Position numbers and translations under genes: made by a program. Below are positions 27,198-36,356 of a DNA stretch of 64,000 nucleotides, one piece after another. Position 1 is the stretch's first letter; every line of letters begins with the position of its first letter. The notes below the pieces were generated by a model that searched no databases, was not told the origin of the DNA, and saw only the letters and a list, made by a program, of their open reading frames with translations. This DNA is from Candidatus Woesearchaeota archaeon (GTDB lineage Archaea; Nanobdellota; Nanobdellia; Woesearchaeales; ARS49): assembly GCA_003599055.1 (NCBI GenBank), contig QZIM01000006.1, positions 24,615 through 88,614 of the forward strand. Direction: 5' to 3'.

Positions 27198-28426
27198 AAC
27201 ACCACCCTTTGCACCCGCTCAAGAACATACTTTTCCTTTATGAGCTGCCTTACCGCATCAGAAGGCGTCCGCACGGGCCGCTTCACCCGCGCAAACACAC
27301 GACCCTGCCGCACAAACGTGTCCGCATACACCCGCCTGAAATCATTCACCGCATCACTTAACTTCACCGGAGGACCGGGCCAGTCCATCAGTTCAGGAAG
27401 CCGAGCGGCCTTCAGAACAAACCACCACTCCCCCTTCTGCCTTCTGTCCCACAACCAACCCGCATCAACAACCTGAAAATCACCAAGACGGTCCCGCACA
27501 AACTCGAACGCACGCACAAACTTTGTTCCCGCAACATCCTCTTTCCCCTCAACCGAATCCACCTTCACACGCACAAGAACCCCTTTTTTGGAAAGACGCG
27601 CAAAATCAACCTCTTTCTCCTCAAAAAAGCGGAGCGAAGGCGCCTTCAGGAACCTCTGCGCCGCCTTCACAAACCTCTCAAAATTATCCTCCGTCAACGC
27701 CGCTGCCGCATTCCGGTTTGGCTGCACCGGGTCAACAAGAACAAGCGGCCCTTGCGTCTTACTCTCATTGAGCATCAGGAGTGCCTTGCCCCTGAACGCA
27801 TTATTGTAATCAAGAACCACCTTTGGCTTCCACTTTACCGCAGCCCTGAGCAGCGGCAAAAAACCCTTATAGTAAATGACGAGAATATCCGCCACGTGCC
27901 CCGAGAAGCCGCGAATGTAACTTTCCGCACCATAACACTTTGCCGCCTTACAAAACTTTTTCACAAGACGAATATCCCCCTTGAACGCCTTTCCTTTTGT
28001 GTTCACCCAGCTCACGTGCAAGGGCGAAAAATCAGTCACGTTTTGCGCATCGGAAGACTTTTTCACATCAAGCACAGGAACTATCTCGTACTTTATCCCG
28101 TTTCGCACCCAAAAATAATCACGACTCCCGTGAATGCGCTCAAACGGCCATTTTGCCAACGCACGCTCAAGCAAGCCGCTGATGTCCCTATCCTTTTGCG
28201 AGAGGTCAAATTTTACAAACACGTCAACATCATAATCACCCGACAACCACGTGTCCTTGGCATAACTTCCGCCAAGAACGGCAACCGCCTGAATTTTTTT
28301 CGCCTTCAACTCCGCGTTCAACCGCCTCAAAAAATCATTCACCGCATCAAGCGTTCGCGCGCGCTCATCCTTTTTTGGCTCAATTCCCGCAAGAACCTCC
28401 CTTAACAGCACCGAGACGCGAACCAT
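27194..28426 (-). CDS. cca: Class I CCA-adding enzyme
   Basis: GGSYAKDTWLSGDYDVDVF, YGAESYIRGFSG, LVDPVQPNRNAAAAL. Confidence 0.95.
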   Translation of the reverse strand: MVRVSVLLREVLAGIEPKKDERARTLDAVNDFLRRLNAELKAKKIQAVAVLGGSYAKDTWLSGDYDVDVFVKFDLSQKDRDISGLLERALAKWPFERIHGSRDYFWVRNGIKYEIVPVLDVKKSSDAQNVTDFSPLHVSWVNTKGKAFKGDIRLVKKFCKAAKCYGAESYIRGFSGHVADILVIYYKGFLPLLRAAVKWKPKVVLDYNNAFRGKALLMLNESKTQGPLVLVDPVQPNRNAAAALTEDNFERFVKAAQRFLKAPSLRFFEEKEVDFARLSKKGVLVRVKVDSVEGKEDVAGTKFVRAFEFVRDRLGDFQVVDAGWLWDRRQKGEWWFVLKAARLPELMDWPGPPVKLSDAVNDFRRVYADTFVRQGRVFARVKRPVRTPSDAVRQLIKEKYVLERVQRVVL

Positions 28427-28513
28427 ACCCCGCAAAACTGTTCCCGTGATTTATAAGCTTTCGGTCGCGCGCAGTACCAAATGTTTAAATAGCGTCCAGA
28501 CACAAAAAACAGG

Positions 28514-29683
28514 ATGGCCGATGCACTCATCACCACGACTGCCATCGCAGTCCTCCTCTTTGTCGGCGTCATTTGCAGCTGGATTGGAAAAAAGCTCACC
28601 GTCCCCGACGCATTACTGCTCATTTTAGCCGGTCTCGGATTCGGCCAGGCAACCTTCAAAGGAAAACCCCTCATCGAATTCCCCGAACTCTTCCTTAGCT
28701 CCCTTGCCATTTTGGCGCTCGCCATGATTGTCTTTGACTCCACCGCGCGCCTGCGCATCCGCGAACTTGACACGTTCTCCCTCAAAGCAGTGCGGCTTAT
28801 GTTCAACTTCACCATCTTCACCCTCATCCTCTTCACCCTCGCCAGCCACTACATCTTAGGCATCTCGTGGTGGACCGCACTCCTCTTCTCCGCAATCATG
28901 GTCGGAACAAGCCCCGAAGCAGTCCTCACCTCAGTCGGCAAAAGCAAGGCCGCAACCCTTCTCAAACTCGAAAGCATCTTCAACACCCCCCTTACCATCA
29001 TCCTGCCGTTCCTGGTCATCGACCTTATGACCAACGTCAAAAGCAGCATCCTGTCCGAAGTTGTCGAACAACTCACCCCCTTCATCATGCAAATCATCGT
29101 CGGAATCGGCGCAGGCATCTTTGTCGGGCTCATCCTGTTCAAACTCGTCCAACACGTCTATGCAGAAGTGTACTCCCCCCTTGCCGTCATCGTCGCCGCA
29201 CTCCTTGCCTACGTCCTTGCCGAAAACCTCGGCGGGTCAGGCGTATTGTCCGTTACCGCCCTCGGACTCTTTTTCGGCAACGTCTACGTCAAGGAAAAAA
29301 TCACCCTCCTTGGCATTGAAACCGTCCTTGCAAAAGCACTCTACATCCTTGTCTTCATACTCACCGGCCTTATCATCAAAGTCCCCCTCACCAAAGAATT
29401 CTTCATCACCTCCGGAATCCTGTTTGGAACCTATATTGCCATTCGCACCCTTGCCGTCTACGTTTCCGTTCGCGACGAAAACCTCCCCTTCCACGACTTC
29501 GTCCTTATGGCCCTTTGCGCGCCCAAAGGCATCGCAACCGCCGCAGTCGTGTTCTCATTACTCGTCATCAAGTCGCCGGACATCCTCATCATCTTGGATA
29601 TGACCTTTGCATTCATCCTCTACAGCATTGTTGTGAGCTCGATTACCCTTATGCTCACGCGCGAACAACACCAACACCACTAA
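28514..29683 (+). CDS. Cation/proton antiporter (CPA1/NhaP-like)
   Basis: About 12 TM helices; LESIFN, GGSGVLSV, PKGIATAA motifs. Confidence 0.9.
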   Translation: MADALITTTAIAVLLFVGVICSWIGKKLTVPDALLLILAGLGFGQATFKGKPLIEFPELFLSSLAILALAMIVFDSTARLRIRELDTFSLKAVRLMFNFTIFTLILFTLASHYILGISWWTALLFSAIMVGTSPEAVLTSVGKSKAATLLKLESIFNTPLTIILPFLVIDLMTNVKSSILSEVVEQLTPFIMQIIVGIGAGIFVGLILFKLVQHVYAEVYSPLAVIVAALLAYVLAENLGGSGVLSVTALGLFFGNVYVKEKITLLGIETVLAKALYILVFILTGLIIKVPLTKEFFITSGILFGTYIAIRTLAVYVSVRDENLPFHDFVLMALCAPKGIATAAVVFSLLVIKSPDILIILDMTFAFILYSIVVSSITLMLTREQHQHH

Positions 29684-29687
29684 CGCA

Positions 29688-30071
29688 ATGAAAACCGTCA
29701 TCCTTGACACCAACTTTCTCATCGAATGCGCCAAAAACAAAGTCGACATTCAAACGGAACTCACCCGCATACTTGACTTTTCCTTTGACATTGCCGTCCT
29801 TGACAGAACCCTTGAAGAACTCGACGTTGTCGCCGCCCGCGGCGGCAAAGAAGGAGCAGCCGCAAAACTCGCACGCACAATTTTGCTCACAAAAAAAATA
29901 AACATCATTGCAACCTCCGGCGGGCACACGGACAAATTACTTATTGAACGGGCAGATGACAACCACATTATTGCAACCATGGACCGGGAACTTAAGCAAA
30001 AACTCAAAAAGAAAAAACAAGACGTTATTATCATCCGCGGAAAAAAGAAATTGGCAGTGGACGGAGCGTAG
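29688..30071 (+). CDS. PIN-domain ribonuclease (Fcf1-like)
   Basis: VILDTNFL...EEL...HTD...IATMDRELK. Confidence 0.9.
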   Translation: MKTVILDTNFLIECAKNKVDIQTELTRILDFSFDIAVLDRTLEELDVVAARGGKEGAAAKLARTILLTKKINIIATSGGHTDKLLIERADDNHIIATMDRELKQKLKKKKQDVIIIRGKKKLAVDGA

Positions 30072-30072
30072 A

Positions 30073-30300
30073 TTACTTTGCCATTCGTTCAATCAATTCA
30101 TTAATCCGATAGGCAAGGTCATCGTCCTGGCCCAACGCAAGCGCATACGCGCTCGCAAGACCAGAACGCGCATCACCAAAATTTCCACCGGCCAGATACG
30201 TTCTCGCATCGCGCAAGTAATCAAAGAGGTCCACATCATTTAACCCCCCTGCCTGATGAAGAATACTCTCCAATTCCATAAGTGCTTTTCGCGCTTCCAT
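30073..30300 (-). CDS. Hypothetical small protein
   Basis: Helical 75-aa ORF from MEARK; TATA-like TTAAA upstream. Confidence 0.5.
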   Translation of the reverse strand: MEARKALMELESILHQAGGLNDVDLFDYLRDARTYLAGGNFGDARSGLASAYALALGQDDDLAYRINELIERMAK

Positions 30301-30467
30301 ACGCGATTTGGCACCGACTCCCTTTAAGTTTGTTTTCCCAAATTCCACCCCAACCCACCGCAAGCTTTATAAACACCCCTTTGGGTTTCCCGTCCCGTGA
30401 GATGCCGCTTGGGTTCTCTCCAGACCCGCGGCATTGATGCAAACCAACACCGGAGGAACACAACACA

Positions 30468-31046
30468 ATGTATTACCGCATGGAAGTTTCAGACCACATC
30501 AGAGTCCCGCCCCGATTCTTCGCCTTTTCGCGAGAAGAAGCAGTACTCAAGGCAGTCAAGCAAAAATACGACGGAATGATAGACCCGCAGCTCGGCGTCG
30601 TCATCGACGTTGCAACCGTCAAAAACATCGGCGAAGGAATCATCATCCCGGGCGACGGCGCAAGCTACTACGACACCACGTTTGAACTGCTCGTATTCCA
30701 ACCGGAACTTCAGGAAGTCCTCAAAGGCAAAATCAAGGACATCGCAGACTTCGGCGCATTCATCACCCTTGGCCCCATCGACGGCATGATACACATCTCG
30801 CAAACCATGGACGACTTCGTCTCGTTTGCAAAAGACAAAACCCTTGCCGGCAGAGACAGCAAGCGGTCACTACGCATCGGCGATGCGTGCCGCGCACGCG
30901 TCATTGCCGTATCATTTAAAGACGTCACCAACCCCAAAATCGGCCTTACCATGAGACAACCCGGACTTGGCCGCCTTGACTGGCTCGACAAGGAAGAAGA
31001 AACACCCGCTGAACCAAAAGAAGAAAAGAAATCCAAGGAGAAATAA
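30468..31046 (+). CDS. rpoE1: RNA polymerase subunit E' (Rpo7)
   Basis: IRVPP, IIPGDGASY, GPIDGMIHISQ, KIGLTMRQPGLG. Confidence 0.97.
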   Translation: MYYRMEVSDHIRVPPRFFAFSREEAVLKAVKQKYDGMIDPQLGVVIDVATVKNIGEGIIIPGDGASYYDTTFELLVFQPELQEVLKGKIKDIADFGAFITLGPIDGMIHISQTMDDFVSFAKDKTLAGRDSKRSLRIGDACRARVIAVSFKDVTNPKIGLTMRQPGLGRLDWLDKEEETPAEPKEEKKSKEK

Positions 31047-31051
31047 ACACC

Positions 31052-31240
31052 ATGAGCAAGAAAAACGCCTGCAAAAAATGCAAATACCTCTATGACGGAC
31101 AAGAATGCCCTGCCTGCAAGTCAGCACAACCCGTCCAAAACTGGAAAGGCAGAGTTGCCGTCCTTGACCTTGACAACAGCGGCATTGCCAAAAAAATCGG
31201 CGCCGAACAAGGCGGCGAATACGCAATCAAGGTGAACTAA
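31052..31240 (+). CDS. spt4: Transcription elongation factor Spt4 (RpoE'')
   Basis: CKKC...CPAC...WKG...S.IA...GEYAIKV. Confidence 0.95.
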   Translation: MSKKNACKKCKYLYDGQECPACKSAQPVQNWKGRVAVLDLDNSGIAKKIGAEQGGEYAIKVN

Positions 31241-31528
31241 ATGGAACTGAACATAACAACAGAAAAGAAAAACTCCCTGCTCGGCAGAACAGAAGTATAC
31301 GGAACCGTCACGTTCGAAGGCGCAACCCCAAGCAACGCGCAAGTCTCTGAAGCACTTGCCAAAAAATACGGCAAAGACACGGACACCGTCGTTGTCAAAC
31401 ACATCCTTGGCAAATTCGGCGGCATCACCGCAACCTTTGAAGCAGACGTGTACGACACCAAAGAACAACTCCTCAAAACTGAGCCCAAGAAGAAAGAAAA
31501 GGCCGCGGGAACCGCGCCGGCAGCGTGA
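31241..31528 (+). CDS. rps24e: Ribosomal protein eS24
   Basis: NSLLGRTEV...ATPS...FG...VY; operon position. Confidence 0.93.
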   Translation: MELNITTEKKNSLLGRTEVYGTVTFEGATPSNAQVSEALAKKYGKDTDTVVVKHILGKFGGITATFEADVYDTKEQLLKTEPKKKEKAAGTAPAA

Positions 31529-31533
31529 TTTTA

Positions 31534-31764
31534 ATGGCAGACGCAAAAAAACCAGCAGCAAAAGGAGCAGCACCCGCCAAAAAAGGAGCCGTCCGCGGCG
31601 TTTGGCAACTCTTTGAAAAGAAAGGAGATGCACTAGTTCGCAAAAACAAAAGCTGCCCCAAATGCGGACCCGGATTCTTCCTTGCAAACCACAAAGACCG
31701 CCAAGTCTGCGGAGCCTGCGGATATTCTGAGTTTGTTAAGAAAGCGGAAACGGCGAAGAAGTAA
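31534..31764 (+). CDS. rps27ae: Ribosomal protein eS31 (S27ae)
   Basis: [24 protein letters not shown]. Confidence 0.96.
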   Translation: MADAKKPAAKGAAPAKKGAVRGVWQLFEKKGDALVRKNKSCPKCGPGFFLANHKDRQVCGACGYSEFVKKAETAKK

Positions 31765-32088
31765 ATGACCAACCTTTACATCGCGGCAGAACGCGACGCT
31801 CAAGGAATCCGCGCACTCCATATAGGCTACGTTACCGGCGCCATCAGCGCAGTCTCAACCATCTCCGCGCAAAAAATTATTGAAATTGCCGACGATACGC
31901 AACATCCCGAACGCACTGCACGCATCGCAGACTACGTTCTTGGCATCTTTCGCAACCACACGCCGGAACCCGTGCAATTCACGCACGTTATTAACGGCAT
32001 CCTCCCAAAGGGACACAAGGAAAACAGCCTAGAACCAGTACCCTTGCACCTCGAAGAAATGCTTTCCGAAAAAATCCGTCAGAATTGA
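31765..32088 (+). CDS. Hypothetical protein
   Basis: Abuts the rps27ae stop; 107 aa. Confidence 0.65.
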   Translation: MTNLYIAAERDAQGIRALHIGYVTGAISAVSTISAQKIIEIADDTQHPERTARIADYVLGIFRNHTPEPVQFTHVINGILPKGHKENSLEPVPLHLEEMLSEKIRQN

Positions 32089-32253
32089 ATATCCCTTTTT
32101 CTGCTATCAAAAAGAACAGCCAATACCCGGCCGATAATGAAGACTAAATAAAATACCCCATGCGCGCGGCAACACAAACTGAACAGCCATCGGCCCAAAC
32201 CTCTCTGGGACCCGCGACGTAACGCCGAATTGCCTCTGAAATCACAGTGCCTC

Positions 32254-32261
32254 AAAAAAAA
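32254..32261 (-). terminator. T8 archaeal terminator
   Basis: A8 on the plus strand directly after the 3' closing stem of the candidate RNA. Confidence 0.55.
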
Positions 32262-32265
32262 GAGG

Positions 32266-32513
32266 GCGGAAGGGCCACAGCGTTTAGCTTTGTTTTGGTG
32301 GTATGCGCTCAGCATATGGCCCGAATCGGCACAAAAGGAGTTGCGCTCTGCTCTTCCTTGTGCCCATCCACATCACAATGATGCCAAGCATCACTCTGAA
32401 GCCGAACTGCCTTCGCAGATTCGGAATCACTGTTCTTTCCTAATGATAGTATTGATATCAGGGTTTGATATAATTGTTTGGCACATACAGTATAGATAGC
32501 CGTACTTTTCCGC
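32266..32513 (-). ncRNA. Candidate structured non-coding RNA of unknown family
   Basis: Terminal stem GCGGAA/TTCCGC enclosing about seven hairpins; TTTAAGAA box upstream (32540-32533); T8 tract downstream. Confidence 0.6.
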
Positions 32514-32561
32514 ACAGAACAACACACAAACATTCTTAAATCCGCAAGAGAACTACACTAT

Positions 32562-32858
32562 ATGGCACTCCATACCACCGTCATCATCTCCCTATCCCTT
32601 ACCTTTGGCATCGTCCTTGCCGCACTCATCGGAACCGCACTCATCTACTTCTCAAAACCAAAACACAAAACCGCCCTTGGCTGGCTCGCATTCGCAAACA
32701 TCTGCATCCTTATCTGGACCACGTTCCACTTATTCTTAGACCTTGAACTCTTCGCTCCAACCTTTGTTGAAACCGTCCACTACTGGATAACCCACCCCTT
32801 CATCATCATCGCAAGCATCAGCCTGTACCAAGCAGCACGAGTTCTGACAAGAAAGTAA
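32562..32858 (+). CDS. Small membrane protein
   Basis: Three hydrophobic helices; host-like C-rich codons. Confidence 0.75.
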   Translation: MALHTTVIISLSLTFGIVLAALIGTALIYFSKPKHKTALGWLAFANICILIWTTFHLFLDLELFAPTFVETVHYWITHPFIIIASISLYQAARVLTRK

Positions 32859-32956
32859 GAGGAGAGCCTCACGCGGGAGGCGACACCCTCTTCGTAAGCA
32901 CCAACGCTTTATTTTGGAGGTGCGAGAATCTGAATGTTAAGAAGTGGTGGTTGTAT

Positions 32957-34114
32957 TTATTTGTTTTGTTCATTGTTTAACGCTGCGCCCTGATCCCCAT
33001 CAAGAAATATTATGAATTCTTTGAGGAGTTGAAGACAAAACTCTGCCTCAGATTTACTAGTCTCCTGAGTTAGCCTCTGAAAATTGTGTTTCATAAAATC
33101 TTCTGGTTCTATTGATAGCTTCTCGCTTATTGACTTATTGAGACGTGTGCGATCCATGTGCGAATATGTGTTTCTTATCTCACCAAACAAATTCAGCCGT
33201 TTCGAGAAATCAGGAACTTTAGACCCTATCAAATCAATAATTCCTATTTTTTTAACTATGCTTTGTAAAGCATTCAACTCCAGTCGATCCACAATCAATC
33301 CTACTTCATTATACAATGTTTCGTCTTCAATCTGGTGACAAACTCTATTTTGAATTGATCTTTTCAATAAATGTTCCATACACGCTGCCGAGCATATGAT
33401 TGATGCAACGTAGTTTCCCAGGATGAATGACGTGTGAGCTTCATTGTATAGATAAACACCCAATTCATAGTATTCAGAGTAAAGCAATTCAGGAAACGGG
33501 ATCTTGTCCAAGTTGCTAATGAAAGCAGGCGCACTCTTCTCAAAAAAGCTCTTCAATGACAATTCGGATGCCTTTTCCTTAGAATAACTATTTAGAATAT
33601 TGACATATAGCGGCGGTAGAGGTTGGACGTGACTTTCGGCGAGTGTTGAAAAAATCATCTCATTGAAGATTGCTTCGTTATTGAGTAGCTTTCTCACAAA
33701 CTCATCTACTGCATTTTTAATCGCTAAATCGGATTTACCGCTGACTATGATTCGCAAATGATTGAATTTGTCTTTGAATGCTAAAACGAATCCATCTCGT
33801 ATTTTGAGTTCCTTGTCAAAACCATGTTCTTTTATTGCTTTCAAAACCCACTTATTCGTTTGACTGTCACCAACACAAATCAAGTCAGAGTTGTAATAAT
33901 CTTCATCGGTCAATTCCGAGGCTAATTTTGCAGAATTTATTGACAACACTTGCTTTGAATGTGAATACAAAAGAGTCTGCACTGTTTGAATAAGTGCAAC
34001 TGCAAAGACAACCATGATTCCTTTGTCATTATCTCCCACCGTGATAATTAAGGGGTTCTTGGAGGACTTAAGGAAATCGGCGACTTTCTCTTGACCCTGT
34101 TCAGATGTCATCAC
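32957..34114 (-). CDS. S-layer-like domain fused to a HEPN/DUF4145-like domain
   Basis: N-half AKLASEL...DLICVG...TN...IIVSG; C-half GNYVASIICSAACMEHLLK and RNTYSH (Rx4H). Confidence 0.65.
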   Translation of the reverse strand: MMTSEQGQEKVADFLKSSKNPLIITVGDNDKGIMVVFAVALIQTVQTLLYSHSKQVLSINSAKLASELTDEDYYNSDLICVGDSQTNKWVLKAIKEHGFDKELKIRDGFVLAFKDKFNHLRIIVSGKSDLAIKNAVDEFVRKLLNNEAIFNEMIFSTLAESHVQPLPPLYVNILNSYSKEKASELSLKSFFEKSAPAFISNLDKIPFPELLYSEYYELGVYLYNEAHTSFILGNYVASIICSAACMEHLLKRSIQNRVCHQIEDETLYNEVGLIVDRLELNALQSIVKKIGIIDLIGSKVPDFSKRLNLFGEIRNTYSHMDRTRLNKSISEKLSIEPEDFMKHNFQRLTQETSKSEAEFCLQLLKEFIIFLDGDQGAALNNEQNK

Positions 34115-34124
34115 GGCCTCGCAA

Positions 34125-34319
34125 TTATCTAATGACTCTTTTTGCCACGCTTACGATTCCCAAGAACCCGAGCACGATCCCAATGAAAACACCTGCAAAG
34201 ACCGCCAAATTTCCCGCGCCGGGTGAAATGCCAGTTGCTTGCAAGATGATGCCTGCAACCACAAGAGTGCCTACGATGCCTGTCGCACCTAAACCAAGAC
34301 CGAAGATTTTTTGTGCCAT
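34125..34319 (-). CDS. Small two-helix membrane protein
   Basis: Two Gly-rich hydrophobic helices; starts 1 nt after the nuclease stop. Confidence 0.7.
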   Translation of the reverse strand: MAQKIFGLGLGATGIVGTLVVAGIILQATGISPGAGNLAVFAGVFIGIVLGFLGIVSVAKRVIR

Positions 34320-34320
34320 T

Positions 34321-34602
34321 TTATCGGCCTTTGTTCCAGTATCCTTTGCGCCTCAATCTTGTGTTTATTGATCCATCGCCGTTTGACATAGTGACAACAC
34401 TTCGACCATAGCTTTTTCCTACCACTTGCACGTTGACGTAACCGTTTGAGCGGCTTGTCATTCCTGCAGCAGTTCTTGTTGCCTTAGAGCCTCCAAACTG
34501 GTGTTTTTCAGGGGCGCGTACATTCGCCAGCCGGAAGGGGGTTCCATCCGTAAAATAGCCCGAGTCACCATCATGCCAGTGATCAATTCGTTTTCGTTTC
34601 AT
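34321..34602 (-). CDS. Minimal staphylococcal-nuclease (thermonuclease) family protein
   Basis: HDGDS, FRLANVRAPE, SYGR, IN..L...GY; GGAGG RBS before ATG 34602. Confidence 0.8.
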   Translation of the reverse strand: MKRKRIDHWHDGDSGYFTDGTPFRLANVRAPEKHQFGGSKATRTAAGMTSRSNGYVNVQVVGKSYGRSVVTMSNGDGSINTRLRRKGYWNKGR

Positions 34603-34813
34603 TTTATTAACCTCCAAGGGTTCAATACTTTCCCGCAGGCTGTGAAGTATAAAAAGGTTATGAATTAAGCCATAATGAAAATCAACAATGTGACTTAAAA
34701 CGTTACTTATTTGACAAACATTGTACAACTATTTACGGTTTAGTCCACAATGAACAGAAACGCTTATAAATTAAACCTTCAAACTACTCAAAAGTGGGGG
34801 TAAAAGTTTAAGA

Positions 34814-35884
34814 ATGGGAATGAACACTTCTAAGGTTATGGGTGATACAACCCGTAAAAAGAGGGCTGATATCTTCAAAGACATAGTTGATAGCTTACGA
34901 AACGGCAGTCAAACAATACTTCAGATATCTAAAGCAACTGACATTAATTGGGAAACTGTAAAAAATTGTCTTGAAACGCTCAAAACGCTCAGTATCATTC
35001 AAGAAGAAGAAAAAAACGGAAAAACATTCTACTTCGTAGATGAAAGTAAGCTTATTCAAACTGAAGAGAACACTCTTTTGGGCTTGCCATTAACCGAAGA
35101 TCGAAAAAATGCAACATATGGTCTGTTCAAACGAATAATCGAACGATGGGAAAAGATACGCCCTGACCGAAAAATCAACAAGACATTTTTACATAAGATT
35201 CTGGTCAAGGTCGTCAAGAATAATGACAAGGATCTGAAATTCCCACATGGTTGGTATCTCTTTGGCGAGTGCGCAGTATTACAATGTGATCCAATGGACT
35301 GCAAAGAACAACCTTATCAAATTGGAACCGAATATGATGCAAAAATAGATGTGGTCGTAACTGAGTATTCTCAATTATCTTCAACACACGAGTTAATGCA
35401 AAGACAATATACTGACGAAGGGAATGAACTGTACACGTTGAGACTAAAAATCAGCGATAAACTTCTCAATAAATTCACCGAGACTTCAGTTCATGAACTC
35501 AAAAGAAGCCTCAAAGATTTTGTTTTCAGTTTCAAAAAAAATGAAGAAAACGAAGAACTCCTTGAATATTTGAATGGATTCCTTTCAATAGTTACTCGTC
35601 TTATCAATGGTCTTAAACTTGGAGAACTTGACGACATCAGACCAGTCATCAATGAAACGTTTATGTCAATTTGGGAGCTTCTTGCGACTTACAATCTTTA
35701 CAAATCTCTTGTCGAGCGCGGATACTACGAAAAGGCAACTATACGAAAATACTATACTCTACGCATGGGCAATTTGAAACACATTGCAGAAAGTTATCTA
35801 TCTGCACTACACGACTATTGCCCACCGTTACTAATCCCTCAAGAAGACCCACTGCGCAAGCTTATAACTCCTCAGGCATCCTGA
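34814..35884 (+). CDS. wHTH protein with DUF4065/Panacea-like antitoxin domain
   Basis: TILQISKATDINWETVKNCLETL wHTH; KTFLHKIL...GWYLFGE resembles the K...W..GP pattern of DUF4065. Confidence 0.6.
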   Translation: MGMNTSKVMGDTTRKKRADIFKDIVDSLRNGSQTILQISKATDINWETVKNCLETLKTLSIIQEEEKNGKTFYFVDESKLIQTEENTLLGLPLTEDRKNATYGLFKRIIERWEKIRPDRKINKTFLHKILVKVVKNNDKDLKFPHGWYLFGECAVLQCDPMDCKEQPYQIGTEYDAKIDVVVTEYSQLSSTHELMQRQYTDEGNELYTLRLKISDKLLNKFTETSVHELKRSLKDFVFSFKKNEENEELLEYLNGFLSIVTRLINGLKLGELDDIRPVINETFMSIWELLATYNLYKSLVERGYYEKATIRKYYTLRMGNLKHIAESYLSALHDYCPPLLIPQEDPLRKLITPQAS

Positions 35885-36269
35885 TCTCAATAAGATTTCT
35901 GAACTCAGCAAAATCCTGAATGTTCCGCGTAACTATGCAAATTGCATTACCCTTTTTCGCCAAAACCACGTGCAAAGCATCAGGAAAGTTGTTATTTGAT
36001 AGTTCCCGAGCTTGTTTTTCATCGCCATCTGCTCTCAGAATGGTAATCACCTGCTCTTTTTTCAAATCACTAACTAACCTGTTAATCTCCTCTTCAGAAC
36101 GATACTTCTTGAACTCCTCAATAACCCAATCAGAAATAACCAACGAATACTCACCTTCTCTAATTTTACGAAAGACATTAAGCGCGAACTCACCTAAATC
36201 CCGGAAACGGTCTTTGCGACCTTCAAATAAGTCAATGTAGACATTAGTGTCTACGTAAATTTTATCCAT
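35862..36269 (-). CDS. PIN-domain (VapC-like) toxin
   Basis: IYVDTNVYID, EEF, DALHVVLA, VTRNIQDF. Confidence 0.9.
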   Translation of the reverse strand: MDKIYVDTNVYIDLFEGRKDRFRDLGEFALNVFRKIREGEYSLVISDWVIEEFKKYRSEEEINRLVSDLKKEQVITILRADGDEKQARELSNNNFPDALHVVLAKKGNAICIVTRNIQDFAEFRNLIEIRMPEEL

Positions 36270-36356
36270 TGCCCGACTTATTCAGGAGGAATATAAAAAC
36301 ACTACTCCGGTTCACTATCAATAATTTTATAAGCAGCGTTCCTAAACTAAATCATA

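Noticed and set aside
32266..32513. RNase P RNA, SRP RNA, hammerhead or HDV ribozyme identity for the candidate ncRNA
   Set aside because: AGGAAAG is not followed by the P4 consensus, there is no CAGG/AGCA helix-8 loop, CUGAGCG is not CUGAnGA, and no HDV P1 pairing was found.
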